From: Elusimicrobiales bacterium
GTDB taxonomy: Bacteria; Elusimicrobiota; Elusimicrobia; Elusimicrobiales; UBA9959
DNA length: 37,461 bases
Direction: 5' to 3'
Assembly: GCA_049972095.1 (NCBI GenBank)
Contig: JBMFKQ010000014.1
Location: 1 to 37,461 of the forward strand
Part shown: positions 9,336 through 17,568 of the stretch, piece by piece
How positions within the stretch are numbered: the stretch's first letter is position 1
Layout of the letters: the number at the start of each line of letters is the position of its first letter
Notes under the pieces: model-generated
Told to the model about the DNA's origin: nothing
What the model saw: the letters and a program-made list of their open reading frames with translations, nothing else
Databases searched by the model: none
Translations under genes and position numbers: made by a program

Positions 9336-10351
9336 TATCCCTCCCTGATTATGCTTATAACCTTTGAAATTCTATTTTCATCTGCAACTATATATGAAGT
9401 GCCGTATTTGTTTTCTATCCAGGCTTTGAAAAACTCTTTTGAATCATAAACAATCTCAACACTGCTGTTATCACAAGCAGCAGGGTCATTTACTATGATA
9501 TCACCTTTTGAGGTCATTCCCTTTATAACGACAAGATGTCCTTTTGTCTTTTTAATCGGTGCTTTTTTTAACTCTCCTGCACTATATGATATGCTTGCAA
9601 TGACAGGAAGTTCAATAGAAAGAAGTCTATAAAGGATTTCAAATGAATTAATCCTTGCAATAAACGAATAAAAACCTAATGTTGAGGCATATACAGTGTT
9701 GAAAAGCCAATTACCATATATAGCACCAGAATTATCATAAACAGCCTGAGCAACCATAACAGGATCTATTTCCACCCCATAGTAATCAAAAAGCATTGAC
9801 AGTGATGTTGGGCTACATATATCCTGTTTATAGTTAAAGTGTTGAATCATCTGTGATATAGGTTTTACAAAAAGCTTTATGCTCCTTAAGGGAACAAATT
9901 TTTTATACTCATTCCTCTTACCCCTATCAGTCATAACAACATTAATAAGCCTTATTCTTCTCTTTGTATCCAAAGACGAAGGCAGAAGTGTTATTTCAGC
10001 ACCTATCTTATTTATTTTTTTATCAAACCTAAGCAGATCTACTTCAACAGATGCTTTAGGTATTCTTTTAGAAAAACTATATGATTTGAAGGGAGAAAAA
10101 TCTCCCATACAAAATACATTATCCGAATCATAAAAAGAAAAACAAACTTTATCATTCTCATCAATATCAACCGAGGCTGATATAATGACCTCATCAAATC
10201 CTGATGGCAAGTCTATCTCAAACCTTACACTCGATCTTTCTTTATTGACAGCTGTAAGCAAATCTGGTATACTGCCCTTTTTAAAGTTATCAACCTCAAG
10301 GTTAATATCATAGGCATCTGAAATAATCCTATTAACAGAATGTGGATTCAT
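9335..10351 (-). CDS. Peptidase C39-like family protein
   Basis: SQM…ICSPTS (Gln/Cys), YGNW, GHLVV (His), VNDPA (Asp). Confidence 0.8.
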   Translation of the reverse strand: MNPHSVNRIISDAYDINLEVDNFKKGSIPDLLTAVNKERSSVRFEIDLPSGFDEVIISASVDIDENDKVCFSFYDSDNVFCMGDFSPFKSYSFSKRIPKASVEVDLLRFDKKINKIGAEITLLPSSLDTKRRIRLINVVMTDRGKRNEYKKFVPLRSIKLFVKPISQMIQHFNYKQDICSPTSLSMLFDYYGVEIDPVMVAQAVYDNSGAIYGNWLFNTVYASTLGFYSFIARINSFEILYRLLSIELPVIASISYSAGELKKAPIKKTKGHLVVIKGMTSKGDIIVNDPAACDNSSVEIVYDSKEFFKAWIENKYGTSYIVADENRISKVISIIREG

Positions 10352-10418
10352 AAATAAGAGCGAAAATAAAGATTTTATTCACAATTATATTTTACAGATT
10401 TTATATAATAGATGTAAA

Positions 10419-11267
10419 ATGAAAGCCTTATTAGTTTTGCTAAGAACAAGCCTACTTATATTTTTAGGATTTGTGTTAATCTCAATCCTTTACTTTTTTC
10501 TTTATTCAAAACCCTCACATTATCACGGAAAAATCAAACCCCTCGATTTTTCGCTCTCATATGAGGATGTAAGCGTAAAATCGTATGATGGAAAAAGATT
10601 AAAGGCATGGTTTATCCCATCAAAAAAAAGTCTATCAGCCATAATAATGCTTCATGGATGGCCAGCAGACAAATCCGATATTCTTCCTTATACACATTTT
10701 CTATCCAAAAATTTTTCACTCCTATACACAGATATAAGAGGTATGGGTGAAAGCGAGGGGATGATATGTGGTGGAAAAGATGAAATCAAAGATATAAAAA
10801 GATGGATAGATTATCTAAGATCAAGGAATATTAAAAGGATAGGAATCTTCGGATATTCATATGGCGGTTTTATAGCAACAAGAGCGATAAATGAAATAGA
10901 GGAACTGGATTTTGCTATTGTAGATTCACCTTTTAACAGTATAAGCTGGGTAATAAAAAAATTGGTTCTTTATAAAAATCCTGCAGAAAAAATACTACTA
11001 CCCTTGATATCCTTAAACTATAAAATATTCTGTGGTGAAAGCGATAAAGGCTTCTCAGTTGATAATGCATTGAAAAGAATAAAAAAGAAGACTCTTATCA
11101 TATGCGGTGATAAAGATGATATATGCTTCAATGAAAGTATTAAATATAATTTGAAAATCAATCCGTATGTAAAGATTCAAATAATGGAAGGATTTTCTCA
11201 TGGTGAAACACCCTTCAGTAAGAACTACAAAAATATCATAAACAGTTTTCTAAATAACAGCATATGA
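10419..11267 (+). CDS. Alpha/beta hydrolase with an N-terminal membrane anchor
   Basis: MLHG, DIRGMGESEG, GYSYGG nucleophile elbow, GDKDD, SHG. Confidence 0.9.
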   Translation: MKALLVLLRTSLLIFLGFVLISILYFFLYSKPSHYHGKIKPLDFSLSYEDVSVKSYDGKRLKAWFIPSKKSLSAIIMLHGWPADKSDILPYTHFLSKNFSLLYTDIRGMGESEGMICGGKDEIKDIKRWIDYLRSRNIKRIGIFGYSYGGFIATRAINEIEELDFAIVDSPFNSISWVIKKLVLYKNPAEKILLPLISLNYKIFCGESDKGFSVDNALKRIKKKTLIICGDKDDICFNESIKYNLKINPYVKIQIMEGFSHGETPFSKNYKNIINSFLNNSI

Positions 11268-11800
11268 AGATAATTCTGGTTTTATCATCACTAATCCTTT
11301 CACAAACACAATGCCCAAACAATAGAACCTCTATAACAACACCGTGCTATGGTGAGTGTGGAAGTTTTATTGATGAAAACTCTAATGGAATATGTGATAT
11401 ATGGGAAAGATATAATGCTATAAAGAAAAAGAAACCTTCTTTAGAATCTAAAAAAACTTTTCAGAAGCCACAAAACAAAGTTGATCAAAAAAAAGAGTTC
11501 AAAAAAACATCCTTTTCAAACAGACTCTTTTCAAATGGGGTCTTTTATATTCTTTTCATAACTATACTTATGTCAATAGCATCTGAGATATTCTTCAAAA
11601 ACTCAAAGACTATTAGGATTATGTGGGATTGGATACTTTTGTTATCAACACTTATATCTGCATTAAGCGGTTTTATTTTATATTTTGGATTTTTTGAAGA
11701 ACTAAGAAAATTTTTTTATCCTCTTCATATTCAATCCTCCTCAGTATTTTTCATAGCAGCAGTTTATCATACAGTAAAAAGATTTAGATATATGATTTAA
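11264..11800 (+). CDS. Small membrane protein, DUF4405-like, with an exported Cys-rich N-terminal motif
   Basis: Signal-like start; CPNN…PCYGECGSFIDENSNGICD; three TM segments with a His pair (LHIQ…VYHTV). Confidence 0.55.
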   Translation: MKIILVLSSLILSQTQCPNNRTSITTPCYGECGSFIDENSNGICDIWERYNAIKKKKPSLESKKTFQKPQNKVDQKKEFKKTSFSNRLFSNGVFYILFITILMSIASEIFFKNSKTIRIMWDWILLLSTLISALSGFILYFGFFEELRKFFYPLHIQSSSVFFIAAVYHTVKRFRYMI

Positions 11801-13539
11801 GATGATTTGAGAAAATATAGCCTTAGCGAATTAAAAACAGCAATCAAGATTGTCAAAAACAATACAGAAATAAAATGTCCTTTTTGAAGACAGTAAAAAT
11901 ATCTACACAAAAAAGCAAAAAGGATAGGAAGTATAAACAGATGAATAAAACAAATAATAGCACTACTCTGAGATGTTACATTTAAAATAAAGGAGGCATA
12001 TCTTTTGAGTTCCTTTACAATCCTCGGGTCATTTCTCATAAAAACAACATCGCAAGGAAATGAAAAAGACTCTGGATGTTTTTTGACTATGACTCTTACA
12101 TCACACTCAGCAAGTGCATCAAAATCATCAGCTGAGCTTCCTATTCCTATAATTCTTGAGCCAGATATTTTAAGCCTAAGAATGAACCCGAGTTTTTCAT
12201 GAGCTGAAAGGCAGGACATAGAAAAATTTTTATCACAAGCAAGAAGGGTTTTAAGACCGGATGCTTTAAGAGTAAGAAGTTCATCCTTTACAATACCATC
12301 AGAAGAGAAAAAAACAACCGTATCAGCATAATTTATTGTCTCAAGAAGATCAATGTTTTTTATAAGAAAACCCTTTTTAACCCCTAAGGATGAAAGAATG
12401 AAATAAGCTGATGGGAAGATAATCCATAAGGCATAAGGATATGATATAAAGAAAATAATAAAAAATGACTCAATGGTTGAAAGTCTAATACGACCAAAAT
12501 ATGAAAGAGCAGCAAAAAAAAGAGCTAAAAGAGGAATAAACCTGATGTATTTCTCAGATGCTTTATAAATTCTATCTTCAAAACCTTTAGCAGCTTTGTT
12601 TTGAAACATCATTCTTCTAATCCCTCCATAAAAAAAGGAATCTTTTGGCTCATTTTCAACGATGAGTTTTATTCCTCCATCAACAATAAAACTACCAGAA
12701 ATAACCTTATCTCCACTTTTCTTATTGGTATAATGATCTGAATTTTTTATAAGTGACTCATCAACAGTAGCACTTCCATCAATAACACATCCATCAAAGC
12801 AGACAAAATCTCCAGAAGATAGAACAACAATATCTCCTTTTTTTAAATCAGTTGAAGGTATATGCATCTCAATACCATCCTTTATAACCCTTAAAAAAAC
12901 TTGCATAGGATAGCTGAATGAAGCTAATGAGATAGAATCTTTAAAATGCAGATAGTTTGAAAGATCAAAACCAATAGCAATAAAAAATAGAAAAATAAAG
13001 CTTGAGTAAAAATCAATAAAGTTGAATGGAAAATATAAAGGAAAGAAGATTTTCAAGATAGTATAGAGAACAGAAAAAACTATCCACAGTGAGGTTAAAG
13101 GATAGATGATAAAACTTTTTTTATTGACATACGATGCCCTTTTTAGATCACACAAAAACCACAATGATGCAAAAAGATAAATCAAAGATAATATGTAGAT
13201 ATTTGTGTCAAATTGCTTTGAAAAACAAAAGATTATAAGCACAATAGAAAAAATAAAAAGCCTTAAAAAATTAAATGTAGGTTTATCTTCCTCAATCTTT
13301 TTTAAACCACAGAATCTTTCAAGACACATTTCAATTGATGGCACAATAGAAGATAGCCTTCTTGAAATCTTATCTGAGGTTGTTGATGCGGTATCATAAA
13401 TAACCTTTATAACACCACTTTTTCTAAAAATATCAATAGAAATAACCCCACCCATTTTTCTAATGGTCTCATATGCAGTATCATAAACACTATCATTAGG
13501 AACATCATTAACTGCAAAGATAATCTCTTTTGTAGTCAT
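11797..13539 (-). CDS. Degenerate P1B-type (heavy-metal) ATPase homologue, predicted catalytically inactive
   Basis: HMA-like N-terminus, actuator domain (GDIVVL…DG…VDESL), GFLIK…DTVVF and terminal NSLRL are retained; CxxC, TGE, CPC, DKTGT, TGD and GDGxND are all altered and the N domain is missing. Confidence 0.85.
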   Translation of the reverse strand: MTTKEIIFAVNDVPNDSVYDTAYETIRKMGGVISIDIFRKSGVIKVIYDTASTTSDKISRRLSSIVPSIEMCLERFCGLKKIEEDKPTFNFLRLFIFSIVLIIFCFSKQFDTNIYILSLIYLFASLWFLCDLKRASYVNKKSFIIYPLTSLWIVFSVLYTILKIFFPLYFPFNFIDFYSSFIFLFFIAIGFDLSNYLHFKDSISLASFSYPMQVFLRVIKDGIEMHIPSTDLKKGDIVVLSSGDFVCFDGCVIDGSATVDESLIKNSDHYTNKKSGDKVISGSFIVDGGIKLIVENEPKDSFFYGGIRRMMFQNKAAKGFEDRIYKASEKYIRFIPLLALFFAALSYFGRIRLSTIESFFIIFFISYPYALWIIFPSAYFILSSLGVKKGFLIKNIDLLETINYADTVVFFSSDGIVKDELLTLKASGLKTLLACDKNFSMSCLSAHEKLGFILRLKISGSRIIGIGSSADDFDALAECDVRVIVKKHPESFSFPCDVVFMRNDPRIVKELKRYASFILNVTSQSSAIICFIHLFILPILFAFLCRYFYCLQKGHFISVLFLTILIAVFNSLRLYFLKSS

Positions 13540-13551
13540 ATAATTTAAGAG

Positions 13552-14250
13552 CTAAGGCTGAGTTATGTCTTTGCCAAATGCCAAGATGGAAGCATTTTTA
13601 ACATCACCACTTTTAAGTAAACTTTCAAGGAAAACTGAAAATCTATAAGATGAGTATTTATCAATAAGATAACTAACAAAACTGCTTGTATTTGCATAGT
13701 ATATATCAAGCTTGCTTTTTTCAAGGGTTGATGGTGAGATATAAAATAGCTGTTCTAATGGTATAAGATTACTATTTGAATTTAAGATACCTAAGTAATA
13801 GCTCCTTTTATCAGAGCAGAAGTGCGAGACAAGATACTCACAAAATCCATAATAAAGCCATGGATAAAGTTTCTCTGCTTGACCAAAAATATCACTAACC
13901 ATTCCATAAACAACACTTACAACAACATCGCAGGAAGATGTTGAAAAAATAATTGTTTGATTTTCTTGTAATGTAGCATTATAAGAAGACTCATAAACAA
14001 TAAATCTATATGGATAATTATTGAGCTTATTAGAAAAAGAGTAATTTAAAACAAGATAACTAAAAATATTTTCAGCAGTATTTGCAATTTCAAAAAGATT
14101 AAAAGATTTATCTGAATAGAAACAGAAATGAAGAGAGCAATATGAGTGATTAAAATTTGAAAATTGAGCTTCATCCATTATGTTAGTAATCCCAATAGAG
14201 GAGCATGACAACCATAAAAATGAACTAAATAACAGAATAAATCCCTTCAT
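13552..14250 (-). CDS. Lipoprotein with a peptidase MA-like fold lacking HExxH
   Basis: Lipobox-like WLSC; PWLYYGFCEY resembles PxWLxEGxAxY; YANTSSFVSYLIDKY resembles the family C-terminal helix; no HExxH anywhere in the ORF. Confidence 0.55.
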   Translation of the reverse strand: MKGFILLFSSFLWLSCSSIGITNIMDEAQFSNFNHSYCSLHFCFYSDKSFNLFEIANTAENIFSYLVLNYSFSNKLNNYPYRFIVYESSYNATLQENQTIIFSTSSCDVVVSVVYGMVSDIFGQAEKLYPWLYYGFCEYLVSHFCSDKRSYYLGILNSNSNLIPLEQLFYISPSTLEKSKLDIYYANTSSFVSYLIDKYSSYRFSVFLESLLKSGDVKNASILAFGKDITQP

Positions 14251-16181
14251 GTTATCTTAACAATACCTTTCTTAATCACCATCTTTGAAAATTCCACGGG
14301 TAAAGGAAGTAGATCAAATGGGATTTTAAATGAAATAAAATTAGAAAGAAATCTTCCTATCTCAATAAAGGCTATTTTAATCTTCACAAAATTAATATTT
14401 AAACATCCATCTTTAACATCAGGATAAAAATCAAAAACAATCTCTCCAAAAAAAAACGACCTTTTAACACTGATGAGATCATCAAGCAATATAACCTCAG
14501 TGTTTTTTTTCATAAGTTCTTCAAAAAATCTCTCAAGCGAATACTGACTTATAATCGCATTGATAATCTTTATTTTTGTATCCTTTATCTCAAGCTTTAA
14601 ACCATAGCTATCAATCCCCTTATAGCCAAGGTATGCTATATCAACAGAGGTTGTTTTCTTCAAAGTATCATAAACCATTCTCATATCAGATATTGTAAGC
14701 TCCTTCGATGAAAAGCCTTTGATGCTTACATCTTTTTGAGATTCTTTAAGACACCAAGGGTTTTTAAGAAGATAAATACCTTTGTAGAAAAAGATCTCAT
14801 CAAATCTTTTAACACCATCAGTTTTTTTATCTGTTATCACATAACAAGAAAAAGGAAAGAGATCCGGTGGGATATCTACGAATTTAAAACTTTCAACTCC
14901 ATAGTTATGCTTTATTGTTTCAAAGGATTGAGATGAAATATTTTTCCCACTGATGTTAACTGATACTATGTTATTAGACACACTATTTTTTTTCTCATCC
15001 CTAAGAGCATAAAGAATATTCTTAACAATTCTTGATTCATAAAAGCCAATCGGACTATATCCCCAAACAGGATATTTCCCAAGATTAATTGAAAAAATAT
15101 TACTACCTGATACAAAAAGAAAAAAGATCATAAAATAAATAAAATATCTTCTTACTGATGGGAAAAACATAACAGAAAAACCAACAATAAACGCAGGAAC
15201 AGCAAATTTTATAGGCTCAGGACTAATAGGAATTAAAAGATAAAAAAGAGAAGGATAAAAAAACCATGCAAATATCTCCTTGCGTGCAACATATACTCCA
15301 TAGACAGCAAAAAGCATCCATATAAAGAAAGGAGTTATTATAACAGAATTAAAAACACCCATAGATTTTATGTATTCAGATAAAAGCCCTTTGAGATTGA
15401 AAAAATTTAAACTCATCTCCAAAAAGGAGAATTTTACAATATAGAGAAGAAAAAAGCGGATATAAAATATCAATGTAATTAAAGCAGATGGAACAAAAAT
15501 TAACATAACATAATTTGAATATACTGTGCTGAAAAGAAAGGTTGTAAATGAAAAGCATGGCAGGGTATATATAAGAAAAAACTTATCAGAAAGAAGCCCA
15601 AGTGAATAGAAAAATAGATAATATGGAACTGATGTATACTGCTCTTCATTTTTCATTTTAAGATAATAATAATATGTCCACACAACACATACAAATGCAA
15701 GGATAGATGGCTTTGGGGTTCTTGAGATTTCTATAAAAAAGGGTGTTGAAAGAAGAGATAATAAAGCAAGAAAAGCTGATGACTCATTTCTTGTAACTGC
15801 AACAAGCCTAAAAAAACCAATCATTGCCAAAATACTTAGAAGTATGTTAATAACAAAAACAGTCCAGGGTGTTATGGTAAAAAAGTAGGAAAAAAGCTTA
15901 AATATTATATAATACATCGGCATGTCAAAACCTCTTGAAAGCTTATCCAAAAGGATATCTTTAACAGTCAATTTTGAGAAGTTAAAATCCTGTATAAAAT
16001 ATCTAAGAGTATCTTGCTCAGAGTAAAAGTAGTAAAGATTGATAAAGAAATAAAGAAAGACTATGCATAAAAGATAAAGATAATATTTTTTGTCAATTTT
16101 TCTTGGATATGACACATCTTTCTCAAAGAGTATATTCTCAATTGCGATACGTGTTGCAAGAAATTTATCCTTAAAACTCAT
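14247..16181 (-). CDS. Polytopic membrane glycosyltransferase (GT-C, GT39/ArnT-like) with a soluble C-terminal domain
   Basis: Many TM helices; MPMYY, LLSTPFF…SR and LGLLSDK segments resemble the PMT_2 family but are divergent. Confidence 0.6.
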   Translation of the reverse strand: MSFKDKFLATRIAIENILFEKDVSYPRKIDKKYYLYLLCIVFLYFFINLYYFYSEQDTLRYFIQDFNFSKLTVKDILLDKLSRGFDMPMYYIIFKLFSYFFTITPWTVFVINILLSILAMIGFFRLVAVTRNESSAFLALLSLLSTPFFIEISRTPKPSILAFVCVVWTYYYYLKMKNEEQYTSVPYYLFFYSLGLLSDKFFLIYTLPCFSFTTFLFSTVYSNYVMLIFVPSALITLIFYIRFFLLYIVKFSFLEMSLNFFNLKGLLSEYIKSMGVFNSVIITPFFIWMLFAVYGVYVARKEIFAWFFYPSLFYLLIPISPEPIKFAVPAFIVGFSVMFFPSVRRYFIYFMIFFLFVSGSNIFSINLGKYPVWGYSPIGFYESRIVKNILYALRDEKKNSVSNNIVSVNISGKNISSQSFETIKHNYGVESFKFVDIPPDLFPFSCYVITDKKTDGVKRFDEIFFYKGIYLLKNPWCLKESQKDVSIKGFSSKELTISDMRMVYDTLKKTTSVDIAYLGYKGIDSYGLKLEIKDTKIKIINAIISQYSLERFFEELMKKNTEVILLDDLISVKRSFFFGEIVFDFYPDVKDGCLNINFVKIKIAFIEIGRFLSNFISFKIPFDLLPLPVEFSKMVIKKGIVKIT

Positions 16182-17113
16182 TTGTTCCTACCTTTTTTGC
16201 GAGTATTCATTATTTTCATTCTCTTTTTATATTCAGTTTCTGAATTCTTATCAACACTTAAAGCCATATCACAATATTCTTTTGCATTATCAAATCTTGA
16301 CAACTTTATATAAATATCCGCAGCATAGTAAAGATATGAGGATTTTGAAAAATTTGAAAGTTTTATTGCAGTGTTTATATCATTAATAGCATCAACCATT
16401 CTGGAAAGCTTTTCATTTATAACAGCTCTTAGATAATAATAAATAGCATCCTCCTTTATCTTAATCGCCCTATCTATATAATCAAGAGCTAAACGAGGAT
16501 CAAGACCAACACATACCTTTGCAGCGGTATAATAAATAACATCATTTGTATCCGATCTTTTCATAAGACTAACAAGATCACTATGTGCTTCTTTTAGCAT
16601 AGATAGCTTGTAATATGAAAGTGCACGATAGTATCTTGCAAGAGGCATTCTATCATCACAAAGCTCAATAGCCTTTGAAAAATCCTCAATAGCTTGTGAT
16701 AATAAACCCCTGTAATAATTTACAACACCTCTATTATAATAACCATAGCGATACGAAGGATTTATCTCAAGTGTTTTTTCTATATAAGGCAAAGCCTTAT
16801 CGTAATAACCCATTTCTATATAGAGAGATGCAAGATTGTTTAAAGCTGCAAGATGATCTGACTTATAGGTTATTGCTCTGAGATAATCATCTACAGCTTT
16901 CATCTTATCACCTATCTTTTCATAAGCCATTGCCCTTGAGACATAAGCATCTGAATAATCATTTCTGCTTATTATTGCACGGTTATAGATATCTATGGCT
17001 CTATAATAATCCCCTGATGCAAAAAATGAATTTCCTCTTTTAAGATAGTACTCAGGCGACTGTGAACAAGATATGATAAATAGCAAGAGGTAAAGCAGAA
17101 CGAAACATCTCAT
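16178..17113 (-). CDS. TPR-repeat lipoprotein
   Basis: Lipobox IISC followed by multiple TPR units (AYVSRAMAY, ALNNLASLY, GYYNRGVVNY). Confidence 0.9.
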   Translation of the reverse strand: MRCFVLLYLLLFIISCSQSPEYYLKRGNSFFASGDYYRAIDIYNRAIISRNDYSDAYVSRAMAYEKIGDKMKAVDDYLRAITYKSDHLAALNNLASLYIEMGYYDKALPYIEKTLEINPSYRYGYYNRGVVNYYRGLLSQAIEDFSKAIELCDDRMPLARYYRALSYYKLSMLKEAHSDLVSLMKRSDTNDVIYYTAAKVCVGLDPRLALDYIDRAIKIKEDAIYYYLRAVINEKLSRMVDAINDINTAIKLSNFSKSSYLYYAADIYIKLSRFDNAKEYCDMALSVDKNSETEYKKRMKIMNTRKKGRNK

Positions 17114-17568
17114 ACATCCCCCTTCTTTCTATCTCTATCAAGAATAATCAGTATAACACCAAAGGTTATAAAAAAATCTGCAAGATTAAAAATAGCAGGG
17201 AAAAACTTAAAATCAATAAAATCAATGACATGCCCAAATCTTATCCTGTCATATATATTTCCAAGAGCCCCACCTATTATAAAATGAATAGAATAAAAGG
17301 AGAATGAGGTTTTGACTTTTCTTTTAACATAGAGAAGAAAAGCAAGAAGTGTTATATTAAAAAAGATAAAAAAAGCATTTATTCCTGAAAAAAGCCCAAA
17401 AGCAACACCTGTATTTCTCACAGGAAGAATTCTTAAAATACCACCAAAATAGCTCCTCCATAAATTAGGATTTTCTGATATAAGATTTTTTGTAATAACA
17501 TCAAGTCCAAAAACAAAAAGAACAATTAAAGAGGCTAAAAAACTTTTTTGCTTAAGTATTTGAAGCAT
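17110..17568 (-). CDS. lspA: Lipoprotein signal peptidase II
   Basis: NTGVAFG, GGALGNIYDR, VIDFI, FNLAD; directly downstream of ileS. Confidence 0.96.
   Translation of the reverse strand: MLQILKQKSFLASLIVLFVFGLDVITKNLISENPNLWRSYFGGILRILPVRNTGVAFGLFSGINAFFIFFNITLLAFLLYVKRKVKTSFSFYSIHFIIGGALGNIYDRIRFGHVIDFIDFKFFPAIFNLADFFITFGVILIILDRDRKKGDV

Noticed and set aside
10352..10383. Out-of-frame GTG mini-ORF (MNKIFIFALIY…) resembling a lost signal peptide for the C39-like peptidase
   Set aside because: Could be chance; cannot be separated from a true frameshift or sequencing error without homologues or reads.
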